A stretch of 64,000 bases of DNA from Octopus sinensis (lineage: Eukaryota), in assembly GCF_006345805.1 (NCBI RefSeq), contig NC_043017.1:26970001-27034000 (forward strand), written 5' to 3'. Made by a program: the position numbers and the translations under genes. Numbering within the stretch: the first letter of the stretch is position 1; every line of letters begins with the position of its first letter. The notes beneath the pieces are model-generated. The model was not told where the DNA came from, searched no databases, and saw nothing but the letters and a program-made list of their open reading frames with translations. Positions 12,679 through 26,024 of the stretch are shown one piece after another.

Positions 12679-13480
12679 GTGTGTGTGTTGTGTGTGTATA
12701 TGCATGGTATGTGTGTATATGTTAGTACTTTGTTTGTGTGTGTGTGCGGTATGTAGAGATATATTTGAGTGTGTACGCTATAGGTTTGTAATTTGTGCGT
12801 GGGGGGGTTGAATTTTATATATATAATATGCGTGTGTATGTGTGCATTGTATATATGTATATTGTAGGTGTGCTATATATGCATGAATACATGTATATGC
12901 ATTGCGTGTATATATATGTATGTATTGTGTATGTATGTTATGTGTGTGTGTGTGTATATATATTATATGTGTGCGTACGTGTATGTGTATGCATTGTATG
13001 TATGTGTATTGTGTGTATATGTGGTACATCTATGTATGTGTATGTAAACACTATTTATATGTATATATGTATATATGTATATGCATTGTCTATATATATA
13101 TATTATATGTACGTATTGCGTATGTATATTGCATGCATATATTGTGTATGTGTATTATTTACATGCTGTATGTGTGTATTGTATGTGTATATATATGCTA
13201 GGTGTATTTGTGTGATATTTATATTATGTATGTATGTGTGCGTGTGTTGTGTGTGTGTGTGTGTGTGTTGTGTGTGTATGTGTGTTATATATCTGTGTAT
13301 ATTATATATAGATACATGTTATATTTGTGTGCTGTGTGTATATGTGATATATGTGGGTGCGTTGTGTGTGGGTGTGTGTGTTCTGTGTGTGTGTGTTGTT
13401 TGTATGTAGTGTGTGTTTGTATACTATGTGTGTGTGTGTGTGTGTGTTGTTGTGTGTGTGTGTGTATATATATGTGTGTG
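12340..13480. repeat. Long degenerate (TG)n/(TA)n low-complexity tract
   Basis: Direct reading; follows the PLE stop codon. Confidence 0.9.
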
Positions 13481-13904
13481 ACAAACAGACGCTATCTGAC
13501 CAGCAGGCACGGAACATCTATTCACACCCGCAAACTAACCTCCTGATAACCCCAAAATCATTCATGCATAAAAGGGAAGTATACACCACATTGGCTACTT
13601 CTTCTTTTCTCTCAGTTCAGCCTTTCTGGTAATACCGACAGGTCAGTAAAAACATATTCTCGCCTTGAACTTAAAATATTCTGAGATGTATAAAAAATCC
13701 ATTTTAATTTTTGCTGTCAAAAGGCTGTATATATATACCAAAGACTGTATATATATACATGTAATGTGACAATTTGCGACAACCAATAATTAACGCAACC
13801 AATTCCCAATAATATATTTGTTTTATCCTTTTCTGCCAAATTTTCCCAAATATTCTCATCACACTATTGAACTTCTCTGTTACCAAATACTATATTTATA
13901 CATG

Positions 13905-14047
13905 TAATGTGACAATTATGTATAAAAAAACATTTTTGAATTCATAATATCCAATGTGACAATTATGTAAAAAACTTTTTTGAATGCATAATATTCAATG
14001 TGACAATTATGTAAAAAACTTTTTTTGAACCCATATTATTCAATGTT
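13905..14047. repeat. About 43-bp minisatellite, 3+ copies
   Basis: Recurring AATGTGACAATTATGTAAAAAAC-TTTTTGAA-CATAATATTC unit; a related motif at about 13750-13785. Confidence 0.75.
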
Positions 14048-14138
14048 TCCTTAAATGTTACTTTTGACAATCTTTTACCAAAGAGTGAAACCGGTTAGTA
14101 AATAAACATCGTTTAAATTGCATTTTCAAACCTTTTTT

Positions 14139-14201
<63 letters not shown>

Positions 14202-14227
14202 GTATGTATGTACGTATGTATGTATGG

Positions 14228-14520
14228 TGGTTGTCTACTCCTTATACAGAATTTCACCACCTCATGTACCTACGTATTAGCACCATCATGATGTCTGATG
14301 TGCCTTTTTAAACCAGACAATGTTCTAAAAAGATACCCGCATAGATTGCACGTCGGATTTGGACCACTAAGGCCAGCAGATAGCTTCTCCTTTTTGTGGA
14401 TCTTAAAACGCCTTTTGAGGACTCCGTTGGATTCGCAAACATCGAGGCATACGCTGCATTCAAAGTTAAATGTGATGGTGCTTTTTCTTTTAAGAAACAT
14501 ATAGGCAGGGGTAGATTTTC
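14228..14520 (-). mobile_element. Two C2H2-like zinc fingers before a stop, probably the 3' end of an RTE-type LINE
   Basis: ORF 14270-14500: KRK...FECSVCLDVCESNGVLKRRFKIH and TCNLCGYLFRTLSGLKRHIRHH, short 3' region running into a (CATA)n tail; clade assignment is inferred. Confidence 0.5.
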
Positions 14521-15418
14521 ATTTTCCATGAGTTCCGACGCTACACACACGCACACATGCGCTCACAGATATAGTTATATAGAAATCGCACGTGTGTGCG
14601 TGAGTGTGTGTTTGTATACTACTCTCTTCATCAAATTCTTCAAAGTACTTAATTAATATTCAAGCAAAGAAATGCAAATGTATTGGTTTCTTTTGTTTGG
14701 ATGGGAAAGTGTGCTTTTATTAGAATCCAAGTCTTTTCAACTTCTGCTATTGTGAGAGATAGCGCAAATTAAAATAGAAACCCAGGGCGCGCACGTATAC
14801 GAATATATCAAAGCAATGATATCAGCAAATATGATAGCCAAAAATTAATTAGCTAAATAAATTAATTATCACGCATAAATTCAAAAGTATTAATATATAG
14901 GATTATTGATATATTATTTAACAATGAATAAATTGGAATTTTTTGATCGTATGAAAAAATATAATATTTGTGTAATGTTTTTTAAATACCTGCTAATTAT
15001 TTTGTGCAAATTTAATTAATATTTCTTCTTATTCATTTAAAAATTACTGTTCTACACAATTAGATATATCTATAATTTATTCAACAGTCTATTAATACAT
15101 TTCGCTGCTAATGGAAAACACTGTGTCATTTATTATCTGGATATAGTAGCATGTAGTGTTTCGTGAGATCGTATTTAAATTGGCTTAAAAAATAAATATT
15201 GTTTGCGATACAATCATTATCTTCATGAATATATGCAACGCAGAGGCATGTTGTAGGTGTATATTACTGTAATCTTTGTAGATGGCACGTAAGAACTGTC
15301 CCGAAATGAACAATAGATATTCAAGTTTTACGTTATTAAACAATTTTTATCTTAAGATTATTGTAAAGAATTCCTGTGCTACAATGTTTGTTCAATTATA
15401 AATGATTGTGTGCGTTTC

Positions 15419-15484
<66 letters not shown>

Positions 15485-15602
15485 TATATATATATGTATG
15501 TATATATATATATGTATATATATATGTATGTATATATGTATATATTATCTATCAATATATATATATGTATGCATATATCTATAATATATATATATGTGTG
15601 TA

Positions 15603-15650
<48 letters not shown>

Positions 15651-15784
15651 CGTCGGTGTACATATAGGGTTTTGGTGTGTGAGTGTTTGGGTTTGCTTCT
15701 GTATGGATAACTATATAATACTTAGGACTAGATGCACACTTATAGATAGAATTCTACATAATTTACTCTCTCTCTCTCTCTGGT

Positions 15785-15815
<31 letters not shown>

Positions 15816-17723
15816 GTCTGTTTCCTTTCTCTATCTCTCTCTCTCTGTCTCGCTCTCTTTGTCTCTCTCGCTGTATGCTTGTTCCTGCAATTTTACACCA
15901 CACTCGCTTCGGCGCCAGAATGTAGGTGCGAAGCAATATTTCAAAGACTAAATACCTTTCCGAGAATCTTGTTACACAATCATTCAAGAGATTGATAGAT
16001 AGATAGATAGATAGATAGATAGAGAGAGAGGAATTCCATGTTTTGTTGTTCTGTTGTCAATCTGTGAATAATAGCCACAATGGAACTATAGTTAACTCTA
16101 ATAAAAGACTAAGCAAAATCTATTGAGTATTATTTATTTGTGTTTGCATGACACATTTACAAATGTAATAAACATATCCGGGAAAGCCCAGGAAGGTGTG
16201 ATGAGCAATAAAACATCCTTTATAAGACTGGCGCCAAAGTGAAATACACCGAAACTTTTTCCATGTATTTATTGTTATTACACGTAGCTCGGCTAAACAT
16301 CCTTCTCTATCTAACAGTACCATTGAATTCTTTTTATTCTCGTTTAATTCGATGAATGCATTGAAATAATTTTTCAAAAGTAACTTTTGGAGACAACAAT
16401 TAATTCTTTCGCAACGTTTCGGAGCGCTTTTCCTTTCAGCGCTTACGTTTAGAAATATCTCATGGTATTTCAAATTGGTGTAAATGTTATAAATATTGCC
16501 TAAGTGCCCGCTAATTTTTTATACGTTGATTATAATTTTATATAAATTTTGATTGTATATTTGGTGAATGCCTAATAAATATATCCCATACAAGTGGATG
16601 AAGGATTAAAAACTTAACAAACATCCAAAGGGATAACTGACCAATAAAATTGACAGAGCGTGTTATGCTGTTTATCAAATTAGATTAATGTTTTCATGAG
16701 GCCAATGTTCCAAGTTTCACATTTATTAACAGGGGAAAACTAACCTGAGAAAATTCATTTCTATTTGAAAATCGGCTTTAGGGTGTGTATAACTGCGATT
16801 GCAAATATAATAGTAGCTCAAGGTCACCGTTCATTACCAAAAAAGGCTTTTCATAATCTTGATATATCTTCATAGTTTATCTGCAATTTACAAATAATAT
16901 CTAAGAGTAGTTATTTTATATAGATATTTGAGTTCTGTTAAGAAAAGATGATGGAATAAATCAAAGAGACTTTTGCAAATACATGCTCGCATAGACACAC
17001 TCGCATACAAGAAAACGAATAGGATCACACCATGCACATACACACTATACACACACAAATACAAACACCACACAGTCACAAATATATGTATAGGCGCGTG
17101 GTTTCGTGGTGTAGTTGTTAAGATGTCGGTTTATACATGTGTGCGTGTGTGTGTGAATGTGTGTGTACTTATGTGAATTTGTATGTGTGTATGTATAAAT
17201 ATGTAAGCTTTTATGTGCCGTGTATACGAACACAAACATACACACATACACGTGAAACCTGGGTCACAAAATATGGCCTAATTTGAAGTATATTTATCAC
17301 TGATAGGAGGTTTTAATGTGTCTCTTCATTTCTCCATTTCTCAATCTTATCTCGCTATGGAACTATATAGGATCACACGCTCACATGGGTGTTTATGTAC
17401 GTGTGTATATACGTGCGCCTGTAAGACGAACAGACTAAGAAACGAAGGAGAAGAAAAAGCAGGAGGGAGATAGATATAAAAATTCCGTCACAGCGTGATA
17501 AGTACGAATGTACTAAATCAGGAGACATTTTATTACCTCACGGTCGTATTGATTAGCGAATGAACCAATAATTGCGAATCGTGTGGTTCATTGTAGCTTC
17601 CACGTTTTTCAGACGTATTATCTAGATAAGTGATTCAGAAGTCCGGTTCGGTTCGGTTCCGGAAAAGCGTACAGTTTTCATAGCAGCTACACTCACATGA
17701 ATTCTACGAACATGGCAATAAAT

Positions 17724-18110
17724 GGAGTGGAAGCACTCCGTCGGTTACGACGACGAGGGTTCCTGTTGATCCGAATCAACGGAACAGCCTGCTCGTGAAA
17801 TTAGCGTGTAAGTGGCTGAGCACTCCACAGACACGTGTACTCTTAACGTAGTTCTCGGGGATATTCAGCGTGACACAGAGAGTGACAAGGCCGGCCCTTT
17901 GAAATACAGGTACAACAGAAACAGGAAGTAAGAGTGAGAGAAAGTTGTGGCAAAAGAATACAGCAGGCATCACCACCATCCCCTGCCGGAGCCTCGTGGA
18001 GCTTTAGGTGTTTTCGCTCAATAAACACTCACATCGCCCGGTCTGGGAATCGAAACCGTGATCCTATGACCGCGAGTCCGGTGCCCTAACCACTGAGCCA
18101 TTGCGCCTCC
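17724..18110 (-). mobile_element. SINE family B, full length with 11-bp TSD
   Basis: Reverse complement of the 9505 copy; TSD TGGCAATAAAT at 17713-17723 and 18111-18121. Confidence 0.9.
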
Positions 18111-18164
18111 TGGCAATAAATAACACACCCTAAACACACACAGACACACTCACACACACACACG

Positions 18165-18290
18165 GTTACGTGGAGAGAAGAGGCTTGTATGAAAGGGCGA
18201 CTGATGGTTTTCCATAAACAACTTGCCCAGGCTTGTGCCTCGGAAGGGGCAATAACATGGTCATTCATGAGAGAAGCGGGTCTTTACATG
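18165..18290 (+). mobile_element. 3' fragment of SINE family E
   Basis: GGGCGAC..TTCCATAAACAAC.TTGCCCAG.CTTGTGCCTC..GGGTCTTTAC matches the tail of the 39021-39357 copy. Confidence 0.65.
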
Positions 18291-18800
18291 GATTTGCAGA
18301 AATCCATTTAGCAAGTAATTGTGCTACGGATCGGTGGACATCCTAGATATTATAGGCTGAGAAACTAGGATACGGGCCGCATAAACCTCGGACTCAGAAA
18401 ACATTTTTTAAACTCTAAGACATATATATATATATATATATATAAAGAGAGAGAGAGAGAGACGGAGAGACAGATATATAGGTAGATAGTTAGGTATTAT
18501 ATATATTACTTAGACGAAATGTATAGTATTAAATATTCATCAAGGCTGATCGCACACCGATTATATAACTTTATATTCATCAGTGTTAGGTGATACGGAA
18601 GGTAATATGTCGACTGCTCTCTATTGTCGGAGGTAATTTAATCGGATTGTTACCTAGCACTCCTCTGTATTTTTACGCGAAACCGATTAGTAAGATCATC
18701 TTCGATGGATGTATAATACTATACATTTCGGAAAATATAACCATTCTACATCTATACCATAACTTATGGTCTTGTAGGCGACTCACGCACCTATATATAT

Positions 18801-18852
<52 letters not shown>

Positions 18853-18933
18853 ACCCCCATTTAGTAATATATAAATATATAAACATATATGTATACACAC
18901 ACATACATACATTCATACATACATATATATATA

Positions 18934-18973
<40 letters not shown>

Positions 18974-19651
18974 TATATATAGGTATATATGCATGTATTT
19001 ATATGCAGTTGAAGAAATTAGATAGTCGTCGCTATAAAGTTTTATGCCTGCGCACACTGCTTAGTGTCTGAGACGTCAAATATATTTATATTATATGTTA
19101 CAGTATATTAATTGCTTTTTAAAGATGTACTCGTACTGAACTCCAGAAACACAACCGTTTTCCGATTTTCAAAGCTGGAGTATCGTGGGTCAATATGTGG
19201 GTGAACTTAGCCACATGTGGATTACACAAAATCTTGTGTTTCCCCTGGGACGACATACCAGTAAATGAACCGATGCTATAACACACCGCTCGTGTTGGCA
19301 CGGGTTCTCTCACACAGACACGTGTTGGTGAAGCAGAATGTGAAACGTTGAAAATAAATTCCAGTTATAAGAGAGCTGGCATTGCTGCGCAGAGGCAAAC
19401 GAATCGGAGTATTTCTGTGAGATATTACCTTTAACTTATCCTACTATGGCAGAATACACACAAAGAAACCACTTTTTCGACCAGCATGGCTTCAAAGATA
19501 GGAGATAAAATATGTCAGAAATTATGTTTAATCATGATATATATGTGGGAGTGTGTATGAATATATGCTTAAGGCATATATCATATATGACATCCACGAA
19601 ACATACACACACATACTTAAATCTCTCTCTCTCTCTCTCTATATATATATA

Positions 19652-19692
<41 letters not shown>

Positions 19693-19723
19693 GTATATAT
19701 ATATGTATATATATGTATATATA

Positions 19724-19761
<38 letters not shown>

Positions 19762-21370
19762 TCTACGTATATTAACATATATATATAGTTTAGATACATA
19801 TATACATATTATATATATATATATATACATAGATAAGATATATATACACACACACACACCATATTATATATATAATATATATTATATATATATATAATAT
19901 ATATTATATATAATATATGTATTGTACGTTTGTGTATGTGTGATGAATCCGTTTCTGCACGTGTACGCGTACGTATATGTATGAAAGTGTATATATATGT
20001 ATGTATAGGGTGCATTTGTGTGTGCGTGTGTGTAAGTGTCTCTGCGTGTATCTTATCACGTATACTATATTCAGTGATTTCGAAGTTAGAAATTGTAGGA
20101 AAGCAATTAGGCACGTCTTGGTTATAATATCATACAGTTCCTATTCGACAAGAATGTATTTCAAACTCCCCATGATGTCAATCGATAATTCAGCCGTCCA
20201 TAACAGGATAGATATGTGGTCAAAATCCCGTCATTGAAAATATGGTTATTTTTATGTCCAGATCGATGTCTACTATTAAATAGATTTAATCTCAGTTTCA
20301 TTTCTCGATCGTACTGATTGATCCTTTCAACTTACCGTGATCGATACAATAAGTATAACTAACGTTCTGACATCAATGCTATCGAATACATTGCCTTTCT
20401 TAGTAGCGCTTTAGAAAGTGTCAAAAGGATTCCTTTTAAACTGTCTCAAGCAGCCATCATGTAACTAATTCTTGATGATATATATATAGATATATATTAT
20501 ATATATATATATATATTATATACAACATGTATGTATATATATATGTATGTATATATATACATTTATATATATATGCATATATACATGTATATATAATATA
20601 CTATATATATACATATACATATATATATATATATATACATATATATGTGTATATATATATATACATTCATTTTTATAAACATATCCATATATATATATAT
20701 ATATATAATATAGAGATATATGTATATATATATATATATAATATATATATATATATCTGGTACACATACACACATATATAGATTCGCGTTTTAGATGTAT
20801 ATAAATTTATATTATATTAGTAATTTTGTTTCAACTAAAGATCTGTAGAATTTAGTTTAAAATGTTCTAGCTTGACCATCCATACTGTATTATGTTAACG
20901 AACATATTACGCTGCAAAAGTTTATATCATTTAATATTGAATTCGCTGATGTTGTATTTCGGCGTGTCTTAACTAATTTGGCTAATGCCTCCTGCATAGC
21001 GGTCGACATCAGAGAGGTTATTTCTTTCGCTTGAGTGAATAAGCAATGGTGATTACCTCAAAAATGTATCGAAACGCATTCATATGTTTGGTGTGTCTCG
21101 ACCAAAACCAAGCTTAAAATGCCTGTAAGGCATTCCTAATACCCGGTATATATTTACCGTTCTATGTACAAAGGACAAGCACTCTATAATATTCGAATAT
21201 ATTTTGTAATTTCAGCAACGAACCTAATTGAATAAAATACACTCATATAGAAAGAAGTGTGTGTGAGTGCGTGTTATTGTGTGTGTGTGTATATAAATAT
21301 ATACATACGCACACATATATATATATTATATATATATATATATATTATATATGTGTATATGGATATATGT

Positions 21371-21441
<71 letters not shown>

Positions 21442-21723
21442 ATATATACGATATATGTGTGTGTATGTATATATTATATATGCAGACACAAGCACACAAC
21501 CTACACACACATACACACACAGACATATATATATGATAATATATACATATATAAATGTTTAATAGAATCATCATATGACGTTGATACTTCTGAAGGGGAA
21601 ACGCATGTAGTTTATCCAGGGATTATAGGTATATATCAAAATAAATATCTCTTTACCATATACTTATGTGTCTACGTTATACATATTTATTAAATAGCGT
21701 ATATATATATATATATTATACAC

Positions 21724-21760
<37 letters not shown>

Positions 21761-21824
21761 CTGAACATATATATGCAAGTATGTACTTAAATATATGTAT
21801 ATATATATGAATACATCTGTATGC

Positions 21825-21889
<65 letters not shown>

Positions 21890-21919
21890 TTTATATATAT
21901 ATATATCTATATATATTAT

Positions 21920-21953
<34 letters not shown>

Positions 21954-22755
21954 GAACGAATGGATTAGTTTAACGCTCGGTAAGTGAAAAACTCTTTTGC
22001 GTGTCGCGGATACTCTCCTCGTCAGAAAGAACAGAGAAATTAACAGAGTGAGAAAATAGAAAAAAAAATAGTTTAGTGTCTAGCGATCTAGCATGACGAA
22101 TGTCGATCACACAGATGCTTAATTAGTAACTTATATACACAAACAACTCACATGAAAAGACCTTCGCACATAAATATGCATATACTTGAAATGTCACGTA
22201 ATCGTGTATAATTACGCGGGAAAAGATGTGACACCATTTTTAGATATTTTTATGCTAAGATGAAGTGAAGTGCGTACAGAGTTTGTAGTGGACGAGGTAC
22301 AATATTTAAGATAATTAATATATATATAAATCTCTTCTGCGATGAATTCTCTGCAGAATTACATAACTTGAGGTAGTGCCTATGAACCTGAAGCTTTTAT
22401 TATTCGATAGCAATATTTCTTTTTTTCCTGGCGACAACATATATATGAATACTTTCCTAGGCAAATAATTTTGAGTGGCTAAGAAACATATCTTTAGAAA
22501 GTCAAACTCTGTTACAAGTTTGAAAATCGAAACGAATTATTGATAGTAGAGGTGGTTTCTCTTCTTGCAAAAGAGTGGAATATTGCATGATTAACGCATT
22601 TCAATCCCAAATGCTTCAATCAAAGAATTAAATGTATATTTTTTTTTCCATGATGTCATTCGAATTGTAAATAATCCCACTTTTATACATGCAAGCAATA
22701 TATATATACATATTATATATTATATTATATATATACACATATGTATGTATGTATG

Positions 22756-22799
<44 letters not shown>

Positions 22800-22955
22800 A
22801 TATATATATATACACATATATATATCTATATATATATTATATGTATACACATATGTATATGTATATTATATATATACACTATGTATATGTATGTATATAA
22901 TATATATATATAATATATATGTATATACATTACATAATATATATAATGTATATAT

Positions 22956-25666
22956 GCCCCAAGTCATATGGGCAAGTTCGAGGACTGCCTTTTAAAAATA
23001 GAAGAAGTTCTAACCACATTAGAACAACACATAAGTGTACTTCTCATGGGAGACTTTCAATCTACCGAATGTCAGATGGCCCGAGGGCCTTTCTCTCCCA
23101 GGAATGACAAGATGTGAACGTGGACAGCGAGGTCCCTCCTGAACCTCACCAACACCTGTACATGGAGCAAGTAATACTGCAACCAACCAGAGCAGGTAAC
23201 ACACTGGATCTCTGCCTTCACAAATAATATGGATCTCATCCATAATGTGAAAGTGACACCGACACTACTCTCGGATCAAAACATGGTAGAGCTGACCATG
23301 TACGGGCCAAAAGAGAGCACGGACATGCAGCCTGCAAGAAACCTCAGAATCTTTCCAGCTTGAACTCAATAAGGCAAACTGGAAACAAATTGAGAAAGAG
23401 ATCCTCAAACAAAACTGGCCTGAATGTCTCTCCTCGCCGGACATCGACATGATACTTCAACAATTCATGTCTGTAATGCAAGCCATATGCTACAAATGTG
23501 TCCCAGAGAGAAAGGCCACTGTACACAAGAACAAAATCCCCAGAGAGAGGGAAATTCTAATGAGGACGGCGTACCAAAAATTTCAAATCGCCTAAACAAA
23601 CAAATTGAAAGTAGTGAAAAGTCCCGCCTGAAAATAAAAACTGTTGGAAATTGAAAATTGTCTGCAACTTTCCCATGAGAAGGAAAGAGCAGACAAAGAA
23701 GCCTGGGCTATAGACAACATAAAAACTAACCCCAGAGCTTTCTACAGGTATGCCAAAGAAACGGCTACAGTGCACTGTGGATAGGGCCACTCCTTGAAAA
23801 GGATGGCACACTCACAGGGAAAACCAATATGAGGGTAAGTGAAATACTGAATGAACAATTCAAGAGGTTTCACTCCACCCTTGGCATTTCCAAATCAGCA
23901 ATCCAACTGACTTCTTTACCACTGCAGATATAGAATCAGAGGCGGCGACGATAGTTACATCGAGATAAAGGAAGACGAGGTATGTAATAAAGGCTATAGA
24001 TGAAATGAAAAATAGACTCAGCTACTGGCCCCGATGGATTCCGGCAATCCTCCTAAAAGTATGTAAGAGAGAGTCTTAGCAAGACCACTGCAGTCCCTCT
24101 TTCAGAGCTTCCTTGCAGCTGGCAAACTTCCAGGGGGACTGAAGGAAGGTAAAATATTGCCCTATTCATAAAGGAGGTAGCAGAGCGGAGGCAAAGAACT
24201 ACAGACCTATCTCTCTGACCTCACACATCAGCAAGGTCATGGAACGAATAGTCAGAAGGAAACTAATCACCTTCCTTGAAGAAAATGACTTGCTGCCTGA
24301 CACCCAACATGGTTTCCGACCAGGAAGAAGCTGCTTAACTCAGCTCCTGCAGCACTATGATTGGGTGCTGAAACAACTGCTCAACCACTCAAATGTGGAA
24401 GTCATATATCTCGACTTCGCAAAGGCCTTCGATAAAGTCGATCACGGAATGATATGTCACAGGCTGCGTGATCTGGCATAGTTGGAAAACTAGGAGAATG
24501 GCTTCACGACTTTCTGAAGAATAGAAGTAGGTGGTAGTAGCCAATGGGCCACTTCCATTAACACGCAAATAATGAGTGGTGTTCCACAGGGCACTGTTTT
24601 GGGACCACTACTGTTCATAAGGCCCTCTCAGACATGCCCTCAGCCACGCAGAGATCCACGATCACAAGTTATGCAGATGATACAAAAGTTTCACAGGCAA
24701 TACAGAACCCTGAGGAGGACACTAAAAACCTGCAATGTGAGCTGACGAAATATACAAGTGGGCTGAAAAGAATAGCATGCAGTTCAATGCTGGAAAGTTT
24801 CAAGCTTTATACTATCAGCATGCAAAATGAATGCAATACCCAATGAATACACTGGACCCGGAGGGATTGCAATCCCAGAGCCAATCAGTGCGTGACCTGG
24901 GTATTCACATGAGTGATGACGCGACCTTTCATGTACTGTTGCTAAACTGACAGTGAAATGTAGACGGCTGGCTGGCTGGATTCTTAGAACTTTAGAACAA
25001 GAGAACAAGAAACCATGATGGTCCTCTGAAGACAATTGTCCTAAGCAACTTTGACTATGCTCTCAGCTATGGTCACGTCCAGTGTCAAGTTGATCACAGA
25101 ACTTGAGGCGATCCAACGAAGCTACACAAGAAGATAGCCTCTATGCAGAATGTAAGCTACTGGGAAAGACTCAAGAGATTAAAATTATACCCTGGAGCGT
25201 AGGCGGGAAAGATATGCATAATATACATCTGGAAAGATCCTGGAGGGAAGTGTCCTGAACTTTGGCATCGGAGTTACACAAATGCCAGAACTGGGCCACT
25301 GCGTGGGTGCCTAGGACTCCAAACCTGCCCATCAAGATGTAGGACAAGATTCTGTGATAGCCTGGGCTCCGAGGCCCACAGCTCTTCAATATCCTCCCAA
25401 AGAAACCTGAGAGAACCTGCATGGGGTGGATACAGATGTCTTTAAAATGAAGCTGGATCTCTTCCTGTCAGGTTGTCCCAGATGAACCAACTTCACGGCA
25501 GGAGGGGCAGATGAGGGCAGCTGCATCGAACACTCTCATGCCACAAATAGCAGTTGCCCTAGAAGCCTCCATGAAGTAAAACCAAGTAGCAACACCAAAT
25601 GGCGGTGCCCCAGCATGGCCACAGCTCATAGGCTGGAACTGGAATCAATCAATCAATCAATCAATC
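22956..25666 (+). mobile_element. CR1-group LINE ORF2 (APE endonuclease end + RT), heavily frameshifted, (AATC)n tail
   Basis: LLMGDF(N)LP, PTRAGNTLDL, KNYRPISLTSHISKVMERIV, QHGFRPGRSCLTQL, YLDFAKAFDKVDH, SGVPQGTVLGPLLF, YADDTK; tail GGAATCAATCAATC at 25641-25666. Confidence 0.88.
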
Positions 25667-25704
25667 ATATATTATACAAGTATATATATACTTGTATAAT
25701 ATAT
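25667..25704. repeat. Perfect 38-bp palindrome abutting the LINE tail
   Basis: ATATATTATACAAG-TATATATATA-CTTGTATAATATAT. Confidence 0.9.
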
Positions 25705-26024
25705 ACATATAAATGCTTATATAATACATAATCATGCATATATAATTTTGCATGTGCGTAGGTGTGTATGTGTACCTGTATATATGGACATTTATTATAT
25801 ATGTACGTGTTTATGTCTGTATTAATCTAAATACGTATGATACAGTACCATTCTTCTATATCTTTACATGATACACATACACTCGCAGCCTCCTGGTACA
25901 CTACTGTGATATGAAGTACTAAGGCGAATATTCGTTTAAATAGTCTGCGACTGTGACGAAAGGAATGGAATTAGTCATGACATTTGTCAGGAATGATTCC
26001 ACTAATCTCTTCAGTATAGTCTAA

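Noticed and set aside
13480-13640. Possible pLTR/hammerhead downstream of the Penelope ORF
   Set aside because: Only CTGACCAG..GGAAC remnants; no intact core or helices.
14270-14500. Member of a host C2H2 zinc-finger gene expansion
   Set aside because: Only two fingers, one degenerate, with no TGEKP linkers, directly followed by a microsatellite tail; a LINE C-terminus is more likely but not proven.
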